A stretch of DNA of 32,000 nucleotides from assembly GCF_009805595.3 (NCBI RefSeq), contig NZ_VMQO03000001.1, positions 55,911 through 87,910 of the forward strand, written 5' to 3'. Both the position numbers and the translations under genes were made by a program. Shown one piece after another: positions 1-8,268 of this stretch. Under the pieces are notes generated by a model that saw only the letters and a list, made by a program, of their open reading frames with translations, had not been told where the DNA came from and ran no database searches. Within the stretch, counting starts at the first letter, position 1, and every line of letters begins with the position of its first letter. The DNA comes from Candidatus Tremblayella phenacoccinincola. GTDB taxonomy: Bacteria; Pseudomonadota; Gammaproteobacteria; Burkholderiales; Burkholderiaceae.

Positions 1-920
1 ACCTTGTTAAGATTCTATCAGGAGTTTTTAACAACAAAACAACTGGCAGTCCTATAACATTGGTAATCGAAAACACTGACTGCAGGAGCAATGATTACTT
101 CAACCTTAAAGAAACATTCAGACCAGGCCACGCGGACTATACATATGCACAGAAATATAGAAATAGAGACTATAGAGGCGGTGGAAGAGCGTCGGCTAGA
201 GTAACAGCTGCTGTTGTTGCAGGCGGTGCTGTTTCTAAGAAGTGGCTAAGGCTTAAACATGGTTCTCAGGTTAAAGGATATCTCAGTGAGTTGAAGGAAA
301 TAAAAATACCTTTTATCCATTGGACATACGTTAATAACAACTGCTTTTTTAGTCCTAACATTAGCATCATAAATACCTTGACCAAACAACTGCGTCTTCT
401 GATCAAAGCTGGTAACTCTGTAGGCTCCCGTCTAGCTTTAATAATGACCAAGATACCAATTGGAATAGGGGAGCCGCTTTTTAATAAGTTAGATGCTAGC
501 ATAGCATGTGGTTTAATGAGTCTTAATGCCGTTAAGGACGTAGAAATAGGTTCAGGTTACCTGAGTTCATCAAAAACTGGTTTAGATCTAAACGACGCTT
601 TAACTCCAGATGGTTTTTTAAGTAATCATTCAGGCGGCATATTAGGAGGAATTTCAACAGGAAGTGATGTAATAGTTTTCATAGCTATAAAACCAACGTC
701 TAGCATTTCCTTGTTCAAACGATCTGTAAGTGACAGCAATAGGCCAACATATGTAAGAACTAAAGGAAGGCATGATCCATGTATTGGAATAAGAGCAGTT
801 CCAGTCGCAGAGGCAATTGTGTCCGTAATTATCATGGACTTTATACTACAAACCCATTTTAGTGAAGATTACCAAAATAGCAACTGTCACCTTGTGCATC
901 CAAAGGCCTATTTGTACTAA
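1..920 (+). CDS. aroC: chorismate synthase (5' end outside window; codon phase starts at nt 3)
   Basis: Frame 3 is open from the window edge (LVKILSGVFNNKTTGSPITLVIEN) into the listed ORF 60-920. Motifs FRPGHADYTY, RDYRGGGRASAR and KGRHDPC are typical of AroC. Confidence 0.9.
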   Translation, partial: LVKILSGVFNNKTTGSPITLVIENTDCRSNDYFNLKETFRPGHADYTYAQKYRNRDYRGGGRASARVTAAVVAGGAVSKKWLRLKHGSQVKGYLSELKEIKIPFIHWTYVNNNCFFSPNISIINTLTKQLRLLIKAGNSVGSRLALIMTKIPIGIGEPLFNKLDASIACGLMSLNAVKDVEIGSGYLSSSKTGLDLNDALTPDGFLSNHSGGILGGISTGSDVIVFIAIKPTSSISLFKRSVSDSNRPTYVRTKGRHDPCIGIRAVPVAEAIVSVIIMDFILQTHFSEDYQNSNCHLVHPKAYLY

Positions 921-985
921 CTCTCACAACTCATATCAAAGAATGTTAAGGTCACTCTAACTAACTTTTAAATAGAGGGGGCAGC

Positions 986-1558
986 ATAAACATAACCATA
1001 AACATAACCATAAGCATAACTTCAACTAAACGAATTAATGGTGAAGCCTCAAACCCCAAAGTAAGAATAATTGGACTAAACAAAGAACTATTAGGAACTA
1101 TGAATTTAGAAGAAGCCTTAAGCATATCCAAAAGCTTAAAAACAGATCTTATTGAGACATCACCTAACAGCTTTCCTCCAGCTTGCTGCCTAATGGATCA
1201 CGGTAAGTTCAAATATAGATCTTCAAAGAAAAAACAAAAAGATAAGGCTAAGCAAAAGACCATGCAAACAAAAGAAGTTAAACTTACTCCTAATATTGGC
1301 AAGAAGGACTACAGAATTAAAATGCGTCAGTTAGTCAGTTTCTTAGAGAAAGGAAACAAAGTTAAGGTCATTGTTAAATTCAAAGGACGAGAGATATGCT
1401 TTAAAAACATGGGCTTTGAGATTCTCAAAGAAGTCCAAACCGATCTTTCAGGCCTCTGTACAGTTGAACACTCTAAAAGAAAGGAAGACAAATGCATATC
1501 AATGTTCCTAACAACATTAAAACAAAGAAAGCCTAAACAACAAAAGTGGAATGCATAA
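986..1558 (+). CDS. infC: translation initiation factor IF-3, non-canonical (AUA/AUU) start
   Basis: Listed ORF 1100-1558 matches the IF3 linker and C-domain (DLIETSPNSFPPACCLMDHGKFKY, KFKGRE). The same frame is open upstream to TAA 962-964. It encodes the conserved N-domain (KRINGEASNPKVRIIG, compare E. coli NRINGEIRAQEVRLTG). There is no ATG/GTG/TTG before 1100. ATA at 986 follows GAGGGGG (975-981). The exact start is uncertain (986-1034). Confidence 0.82.
   Translation: MNITINITISITSTKRINGEASNPKVRIIGLNKELLGTMNLEEALSISKSLKTDLIETSPNSFPPACCLMDHGKFKYRSSKKKQKDKAKQKTMQTKEVKLTPNIGKKDYRIKMRQLVSFLEKGNKVKVIVKFKGREICFKNMGFEILKEVQTDLSGLCTVEHSKRKEDKCISMFLTTLKQRKPKQQKWNA
996..1052 (+). repeat. repeat A copy 1 (57 bp, identical to 29613-29669, direct)
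   Basis: Read by eye: ccataaacataaccataagcataacttcaactaaacgaattaatggtgaagcctcaa occurs at both sites. It overlaps the infC 5' coding end. Confidence 0.9.
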
Positions 1559-1751
1559 AACGAAACCCAAACCCAACAGAAGCGCAGCCAAACGCTTCAA
1601 GTGTAATAAAACCGGATGTATAAAGAAACGTAAGGCTTTTAGAAACCATTTGTTAACCAAGAAGCGATCTAAGAACAAAAGGAGATTACACCAGGGCTCC
1701 TATGTTCATATATCAGACTCCGAAAGGATTAGACGCATGTTGTGGCAATAA
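1551..1751 (+). CDS. rpmI: 50S ribosomal protein L35
   Basis: 66-aa basic ORF (SAAKRFK...HLLTKK..K.KRRL) placed between infC and rplT. It overlaps the infC end by 8 nt. Confidence 0.9.
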   Translation: MHKTKPKPNRSAAKRFKCNKTGCIKKRKAFRNHLLTKKRSKNKRRLHQGSYVHISDSERIRRMLWQ

Positions 1752-2122
1752 TGGAGGCTACTTTGACCAGAGTAAAAAGAGGGGTAACTTCCCGTAGTAG
1801 ACACAAGAGACTTGTTAGGTTAGCTAAAGGATTTAGGAGTAGGAGAAAGAATGTATATCGAGTTGCTAAACAGGCAGTAATGAAGTCTCAGCAATATTCA
1901 TACATTGATCGCAAAAAGAGGAAAAGAAGCTTTAGGTCTTTGTGGATTATGCATATCAATATAGCAAGCCGTAAATATGGTATAAACTACAGTACGCTAA
2001 TGAAGCAACTAAGACTCAACGGAATTGAAGTTAACAGAAAACATCTTTCAGGTCTTATCGAATACGACAGTAGCATATTTAAAGGGATAGTTGGAAGCGT
2101 TTTTAACTCAGTTAGGCTTTAG
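1751..2122 (+). CDS. rplT: 50S ribosomal protein L20
   Basis: TRVKRGVTSRSRHKRLVRLAKGF...YRVAKQAVMKSQQYSYIDRKKRKRSFRSLWI matches L20. ATG at 1751 overlaps the rpmI TAA (TAATG). The listed ORF start 1742 is a GTG extension. Confidence 0.9.
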   Translation: MEATLTRVKRGVTSRSRHKRLVRLAKGFRSRRKNVYRVAKQAVMKSQQYSYIDRKKRKRSFRSLWIMHINIASRKYGINYSTLMKQLRLNGIEVNRKHLSGLIEYDSSIFKGIVGSVFNSVRL

Positions 2123-2150
2123 AATCCTTTTAAGCGAGAGCTAGTAGTAT

Positions 2151-2567
2151 TTGTATTATATATATTGCTTAGCATTCCAAATAATACCTGGTATAACAAC
2201 AGCAATAGGTTCTACCATAGGAATACCATTAACTCATAGAAACTACTCTAATAATATAGCTTTTACAACAGGGTCTATATCCTATAAAAACAAACCTAAC
2301 TGGAATCTAGAACTAAATAAAAAGCAAACAATAATAATGTATATGTATGCAAGTAATATAACTAAGCTAAAAGAAAAGCTATTAAAAAGTAGCTTCTCAA
2401 ATAAAACTCCAATAGCAATAATTACATCAAGCACTAATAAAAACCAAAAGATAATAATAAGCAACATAAAAAGCATAGAAAGCTTATCAAATAATAATAC
2501 AACACCCTCTATATTGATAATAGGAAATATAATAAAGCTATATAGAGATATTACTACATTCAATTAA
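2151..2567 (+). pseudogene. cysG: C-terminal about 135 codons of siroheme synthase / uroporphyrinogen-III C-methyltransferase; N-terminal part absent
   Basis: IIPGITTAIGSTIGIPLTHRNYSNNIAFTTG...TIIMYM...PIAIITSST..NQKII...TPSILIIGNIIKL aligns with the last third of E. coli CysG (VVPGITAASG..GIPLTHRDYAQSV..TGH...LVFYMG...PALIIVGRVVAL). The ORF begins at a TTG directly after a stop, 30 nt past the rplT stop. The SAM-binding N-terminal half is missing. Confidence 0.65.
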
Positions 2568-2650
2568 TAAGAGCATAAGTCCCTTCTAAACCTATAACAA
2601 TCCCCCCCCCCTTCTCTAACAGCTAACACCTAAAAAGGAAAAGAGCTAGA

Positions 2651-2755
2651 ATGTCTTTATGGGACGGCCGCTTCAAAGAAAAGCTAAACATAATGTTTGA
2701 ATACTTTAACAACTCCTTAAAAACCGATTATAGGTTCATAACGAAATATAGCTAA
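2651..2755 (+). pseudogene. argH: 34-codon N-terminal stub of argininosuccinate lyase
   Basis: My translation is MSLWDGRFKEKLNIMFEYFNNSLKTDYRFITKYS*. Compare the ArgH N-terminus M.LWGGRF......F..FN.SL.FDYRL. It is too short for the ORF track and is cut off before the tRNA genes. Confidence 0.6.
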
Positions 2756-2786
2756 CCATAAGTCTATTGCATTATAATTAGGAAAG

Positions 2787-2860
2787 CAGGGATAGAGAGT
2801 CTCGAACTCCCAACAGCTGGTTTTGGAGACCAGTACTCTGCCAAGTTGAGTTATATCCCT
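2787..2860 (-). tRNA. trpT: tRNA-Trp (anticodon CCA)
   Basis: The reverse complement AGGGATATAACTCAACTTGGCAGAGTACTGGTCTCCAAAACCAGCTGTTGGGAGTTCGAGACTCTCTATCCCTG folds as a 74-nt cloverleaf. The anticodon loop is CTCCAAA. It is close to E. coli tRNA-Trp. Confidence 0.9.
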
Positions 2861-2862
2861 TG

Positions 2863-2936
2863 CGGTGCGGGCGAGTTTCGAACTCGCCACCTTCGGCGTG
2901 ACAAACCGATATTCTAACCAACTGAACTACCGCACC
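2863..2936 (-). tRNA. aspT: tRNA-Asp (anticodon GUC)
   Basis: The reverse complement GGTGCGGTAGTTCAGTTGGTTAGAATATCGGTTTGTCACGCCGAAGGTGGCGAGTTCGAAACTCGCCCGCACCG folds as a cloverleaf with anticodon loop TTGTCAC. Confidence 0.9.
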
Positions 2937-3212
2937 TATAGACTTAAGCAGTTTCTTACTCTAGTCAAAGGACTAGTTTATAAACCGAATTAAGCAGAAT
3001 CTATTATGTGGTTCTAACTGGTATTATATTGTTGTTAAGAAGAATGCTTTTTCTAGAAGGCTGGTTGGATTCTAGAATGGTTAGCAGGACAAGCTATTAC
3101 CAGTTCTAGGAAAGGCTACTCCTCCTACCAACCACCCACATATACAATACTACCCCCACATAGCTAAACCTCTTGTAGTTCCTTAAAGAAAAACTAATCT
3201 AATAAACCCATA

Positions 3213-4631
3213 ATGCCTATGAAAATAATAACTCGCTTTGCCCCAAGTCCTACTGGATATGTTCACATTGGGGGAATAAGAACTGCCTTATATTCCTGGC
3301 TATATACTCGTAGTAAAAAAGGAAAGCTTATTTTAAGAATAGAAGATACTGACTCTTCACGTTCAAATTCCAAATACATTGACTCAATAGCTGCTGTAAT
3401 GAAATGGTTAAGTTTAGATTGGGATGAAGGTCCATACATACAAACAAAAAGACTAAACAGATATAATGAATATGTCTCTAAATTGATAAATGCTAACTTA
3501 GCTTACAAATGCTACTGTACAAAAGAAAGACTAGAAAGTCTACGTAAGTCTCAATTAGCTCAAGGAATAAAACCAAAATATGATGGCCATTGTCGTAATA
3601 AATATGTATACTATAATGACTCAAAAGAATATGTTATAAGGTTTAAAAACCCAATAAATGGAACTACCTCTTTTTATGATAATATACGCGGTTCTATTTC
3701 TTTTAGAAACGAAGAGTTAGATGATCTTATAATAAAACGAACTAATGGCCTACCTACATATAACCTATGCGTGGTAGTAGATGACTTAGACATGGAGATA
3801 ACACACATAGTTAGAGGAGAAGAACATATTAACAATACGCCCCGTCAAATAAACATACTAAAAGCCCTTAACTCACCGATTCCAATATATACGCATGTGC
3901 CAATAATATTAGGTAATTCTGGGAAAAAGCTATCTAAAAGGGAACAAGCTACAAACGTATTAGAATACAAACATAATGGGTTTTTACCAGAAGCAATAAT
4001 AAATTATATTGTTAAGCTAGGATGGACATACGGCAATAAAGAACTAATTAACATTAACGAACTAAAAGCTATATTCAATACTAAGTCCATTAGAAAGTCT
4101 GCAAGTAAGTTTGACTATGAAAAGCTACTATGGGTAAATCAACAATATATTAAAAACACTTCAGATAAGTATATTATCGAATATCTATATGTAAGCTTGA
4201 ACAAAAGCAAATACAAACCTAATATTAAATATGGTTCTATACTAAAAAGCCTAATAAGACTATATAAAACTAGATGTAATACATTAAACCTAATAACAGA
4301 AAGCTTCTACCAATTCTATATAGATTCTAGTAGTTCTAATGAAACCTATATAAACTATATAGAAGCTGCTTCTGTTTTAGATATCGTAGAAGCCATATAT
4401 AAAGAAATATCAATAACAAAAAGCTGGTCCATAAATATGATAACTGAAATAATACAAAAGATATCAATAAGCCTAAATATAGCTGTCTGTAATATAGCTA
4501 TGCTATTAAGAATAGGCTTATTAGGAAAAGCTGTATCACCAGGAATAACTCAAGTCATAAACATATTTAATAAAGAGTCTCTACTAAAACGTATAAAAAA
4601 GGTAATTACAATGCTTAAATATAACTATTGA
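3213..4631 (+). CDS. gltX: glutamyl-tRNA synthetase
   Basis: RFAPSPTGYVHIGGIRTALYSW (HIGH region), KLSKR (KMSKS-like), and a Cys cluster YKCYCTKERL...GHCRNK as in E. coli GltX. Confidence 0.92.
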   Translation: MPMKIITRFAPSPTGYVHIGGIRTALYSWLYTRSKKGKLILRIEDTDSSRSNSKYIDSIAAVMKWLSLDWDEGPYIQTKRLNRYNEYVSKLINANLAYKCYCTKERLESLRKSQLAQGIKPKYDGHCRNKYVYYNDSKEYVIRFKNPINGTTSFYDNIRGSISFRNEELDDLIIKRTNGLPTYNLCVVVDDLDMEITHIVRGEEHINNTPRQINILKALNSPIPIYTHVPIILGNSGKKLSKREQATNVLEYKHNGFLPEAIINYIVKLGWTYGNKELININELKAIFNTKSIRKSASKFDYEKLLWVNQQYIKNTSDKYIIEYLYVSLNKSKYKPNIKYGSILKSLIRLYKTRCNTLNLITESFYQFYIDSSSSNETYINYIEAASVLDIVEAIYKEISITKSWSINMITEIIQKISISLNIAVCNIAMLLRIGLLGKAVSPGITQVINIFNKESLLKRIKKVITMLKYNY

Positions 4632-4795
4632 AACAGTTGTTAGCTATTAACTTCTTTCAGACATAATAGGGGTTTCAACTAGAACTATAACATAATTACA
4701 TACTATAACAAAATAGATTAGAAACAGCTAGTCAAAAGCAGGTAACAGATAAACCCCAAACGCCAATACATATGAAAGTGTTAATATACATATGC

Positions 4796-4837
4796 TTCTC
4801 TCTTCTCTATTCTCTATTCTCTATTCTCTATTCTCTT
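4796..4837. repeat. 7-bp microsatellite (ttctcta), about 6 units with degenerate ends
   Basis: Read directly at 4796-4837 in the convergent gltX/ileS spacer. Confidence 0.85.
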
Positions 4838-4984
4838 TAGCAGATGTCAAACCAGTAACAATGTTAAATAGAGCTCGAGCTCCTACTACATGGTACCCCA
4901 ATAGAATCCTAGAAAGGTTTCGCTGGAGACGCTAGCCTATCAAGAGAGACCATTTATTCCCCTCCCCCCACAATATATTAACTA

Positions 4985-7903
4985 CTAAATAAGCATACGC
5001 ACTTCTCCAGTACCAATAATATTAGAGACACACCTATCACATATCTTAGAACCTGTAGTATAATGCCAACACCTAGAACATCTTATTCCACTAGCTTTCT
5101 TAATAGAGACTTTTAAATACTCAAAAAGGTTACTTTGTATTGCTGTTACGTCAGCTTCATTATAACTTAATATTTCTACTTCAGAAACCAACATCAAAAA
5201 AGATAACTCATTTCCTAACTTCAGTAACTTGAAAGCTAACCCATCGTCTACATACAGAACCCCACATACTTCTAAAGAACTACCAATAAACCCCCGTAAT
5301 CGCTCTAACTCAATAGCTTTGTTAACTTCACTTCGAACTTGCATCATCATATACCAATAAGCCTTATCCATATTTAAGCTAGCAAAAGATAAGGAGTTGT
5401 ACCACTCTTCAGCATACACATATTTAGCTCTTTCCCCAGACAAATAACCCCATATCTCATTAGCAGTAAAAGAAACTATAGGAGAAACCCAAAGAACCAT
5501 TGCTTCTAAAATATGATATAAAGTGGACTGACAGCTTCTTTGTGCAATACTTTTAACATTCGATGTGTAATTACGATCTTTAACAACATCTAAATAAAAA
5601 GATCCTAACTCTACTGAACAAAACTGCATAATTCGTTTAATAACAATATGAAACTGATATCTATTAAAAGCATCTATAATATCTTTTTGAAGAACATATG
5701 AACAGCTTATTATCCATTTATCCAAAGCTAACATACTTTTAAAAGAGATACTATTGTGGTTTGGATGAAACCCATTTAGATTAGCTAATAAAAACCTAAT
5801 AGTATTTCGAATACGTCGATAGATATCAGAAGAGCGTTTAATAGTTTCTTCAGAAAACTGAATCTCTTTAGTAAAATCATTTAAAGCTACCCAAATACGA
5901 AATACATCAGCTCCATAGGTTTCAATTAGATTCAATGGGTTAATAACATTTCCAATAGACTTAGACATTTTAAACCCATCAACATCTACAACAAAACCAT
6001 GCGTTAATATTTCTCGATATGGTAATTCTTCATTTATTATATTAGATAATATTAAAAGAGCCATAAACCAACCTCGATATTGATCAGAACCCTCTAAACA
6101 TAAGTCAGGCTTTTTAATATCAAACTTGATACTTAACATTCCAAGCATATAAAAGTAAGCAGTTCCAGATTCAAACCATACGTCTAATATAGAACTGCAT
6201 TTGCTATATTGTTTTATAGTTGGAAGTGGAAGTATGTTATTTCCTAAAAGCCTATCAAGATTATACCAAGCTTCAATACCATATAGATCAACTAAGTTAG
6301 CTGCTTTTTCTAATAGTTCAGAAGTACGAGGATGAACCTCATTTGTTTTAATATGCGTATATAAAGAGATAGGAACTCCCCAAATACGCTGTCTAGAAAT
6401 ACACCAATCTGGTCGGTTTATTATCATAGCTTCCATTCGTTCTTGACCCCATTTAGGAAACCAAATAATGTTTTTAATACTATGCATATTTCTTTTTACT
6501 AAGTTAATACTATTTGTCTTAATAAACCATTGAGGGGTAGTTCGATATATCACAGCCTTTTTATGACGCCAACAATAAGGATAATCATGTGTTATAGTTT
6601 CTAAATATAATAAGGAATTACTATATACTAATAAAGCAATTATATTATTATTAGCATTAGGTTTAGAACTAGGCTTAGACTTAGCATTAGGTTTAGCTTC
6701 ACATATAGATAAACCATGTAATATATAGCAGCTATCTATTAAGCAATTATCTATTAAATAACTGCCTTGCTCACTAATTAGGTTTAGAATATTAAACCTA
6801 TATCTTTTTCCTATATAATAGTCTTCTAAACCATGAGCAGACGCGATATGAACTAAACCTGTGCCAACAGTAGTTGTTACGTGTTCACTAAGAACAACTG
6901 GAACATAAAAGCTTTTGATTGGATGATAAGTTCTTATAGATTCTAAATGCTTACCTTTTACATTACTTATTAATTCCCAACTAACTATGTTCATCTTTTT
7001 CATGATACTAATTACTAAACAAGAAGCTAGTATATAATATCTATTTTCAGCTTTGATTAACTGATAGTCAATATTAGGACTAACAGCAATTGCTTGATTA
7101 GCTGGTATGCTCCAAATAGTGGTTGTCCAAACTATTAACGAAATAGACACATGGTTATGTTTAGAGTATTTAGAGTTAGGTTTTTGTTTAGGCTTATATA
7201 AACCAAATATAGAACCTATCTTTTTTGTATCTATAACCCTAAATAAAAAATAAACAGAAATATCTAAATGACTACAATATTCTATTTCAGCCTCTGCTAA
7301 GGATGACTGACAGCTAAAGCACCAATAAACTGGTTTATTATCTCTATACATATATTCTTTATTAGCTATTTTACTTAGAGTGCGAATAGCATTAGATTTT
7401 ACAGCATTATTCATAGTTAAATACGGGCTTTCCCAGTCACAGATAATACCTAAACGTATAAAGGATTCTTTTTGAATAAACACTTGTTTTGATGCGTACT
7501 TTATACAATAAACATAAAAGCTGATAGTATTATAGTTTATGTTTAGCTTATATAATATGTTTTCAAGTTTTAATTCTATAGGTAAACCATGACAGTCCCA
7601 CCCTGGTATAAATATGCAGTTATACCCCATTAACTCTTTTGATTTAATAATAAAGTCTTTCAAGGTTTTATTAACAGCGTGTCCAATATGTATTTGGCCA
7701 TTTGCGTAAGGGGGTCCATCATGTATATAATAAACCTTTTTATGTCTTTTAGAATAACGAATAGCTTTATATATATTATCATTATACCAACGGCTAATCA
7801 TTTTAGGTTCAACATCAACTAAACAAGCCCGCATCGGAAACCTAGTAGTTGGTAAGTTTAAGTTAAGAGTATTTATATAGTTGTTCATAATACTTACAAA
7901 CAT
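4985..7903 (-). CDS. ileS: isoleucyl-tRNA synthetase
   Basis: PPYANGQIHIGHAVNK (HIGH), FKMSKSIGN (KMSKS), and a C-terminal zinc knuckle CSRCWHY...CDRC. N-terminal NTLNLNLPTTRFPMRA compares with E. coli STLNLPETGFPMRG. The start could also be the second ATG at 7888. Confidence 0.95.
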   Translation of the reverse strand: MFVSIMNNYINTLNLNLPTTRFPMRACLVDVEPKMISRWYNDNIYKAIRYSKRHKKVYYIHDGPPYANGQIHIGHAVNKTLKDFIIKSKELMGYNCIFIPGWDCHGLPIELKLENILYKLNINYNTISFYVYCIKYASKQVFIQKESFIRLGIICDWESPYLTMNNAVKSNAIRTLSKIANKEYMYRDNKPVYWCFSCQSSLAEAEIEYCSHLDISVYFLFRVIDTKKIGSIFGLYKPKQKPNSKYSKHNHVSISLIVWTTTIWSIPANQAIAVSPNIDYQLIKAENRYYILASCLVISIMKKMNIVSWELISNVKGKHLESIRTYHPIKSFYVPVVLSEHVTTTVGTGLVHIASAHGLEDYYIGKRYRFNILNLISEQGSYLIDNCLIDSCYILHGLSICEAKPNAKSKPSSKPNANNNIIALLVYSNSLLYLETITHDYPYCWRHKKAVIYRTTPQWFIKTNSINLVKRNMHSIKNIIWFPKWGQERMEAMIINRPDWCISRQRIWGVPISLYTHIKTNEVHPRTSELLEKAANLVDLYGIEAWYNLDRLLGNNILPLPTIKQYSKCSSILDVWFESGTAYFYMLGMLSIKFDIKKPDLCLEGSDQYRGWFMALLILSNIINEELPYREILTHGFVVDVDGFKMSKSIGNVINPLNLIETYGADVFRIWVALNDFTKEIQFSEETIKRSSDIYRRIRNTIRFLLANLNGFHPNHNSISFKSMLALDKWIISCSYVLQKDIIDAFNRYQFHIVIKRIMQFCSVELGSFYLDVVKDRNYTSNVKSIAQRSCQSTLYHILEAMVLWVSPIVSFTANEIWGYLSGERAKYVYAEEWYNSLSFASLNMDKAYWYMMMQVRSEVNKAIELERLRGFIGSSLEVCGVLYVDDGLAFKLLKLGNELSFLMLVSEVEILSYNEADVTAIQSNLFEYLKVSIKKASGIRCSRCWHYTTGSKICDRCVSNIIGTGEVRMLI

Positions 7904-8001
7904 AATAATATATGGTTTTATTAAATAACAAATAACATAACAAGCACCCCCTATTGCAGTTTCTAAGAACTATAACATAAACTAACCCAAAAAGGAGCTC
8001 T

Positions 8002-8265
8002 ATGTTGGTAACTACTAAAACAACAAATAAAAGAATAACTAAAACAAAAAGACAACACTTAAATAATATCCGTAGAAAAGCTACACTGCGTATTTTAATA
8101 AAAAAGATTAAAGCTGCTGTTCTAATAGGAAATATAAAAGAAGCACAAGATACTTATGTTGTAACCCAGTCTATTATTGATAGACAAACCAATAAAGGCT
8201 TAGTTCATAAAAATAAAGCTGCTCGATGCAAAACAAGGTTAACTAAAAAGATTAACTTAATATAA
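8002..8265 (+). CDS. rpsT: 30S ribosomal protein S20
   Basis: ...IDRQTNKGLVHKNKAARCKTRLTKKIN matches the S20 C-terminus. AAGGAG lies upstream of the ATG. The gene is divergent from ileS. Confidence 0.9.
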   Translation: MLVTTKTTNKRITKTKRQHLNNIRRKATLRILIKKIKAAVLIGNIKEAQDTYVVTQSIIDRQTNKGLVHKNKAARCKTRLTKKINLI

Positions 8266-8268
8266 CCT

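Noticed and set aside
4681-7980. An exact 15-mer, agaactataacataa, is shared by 4681-4695 and 7966-7980, both in ileS-flanking spacers.
   Set aside because: In sequence this AT-rich, a few 15-mer matches are expected by chance in 32 kb. The flanks align only loosely. Not enough to call an element.
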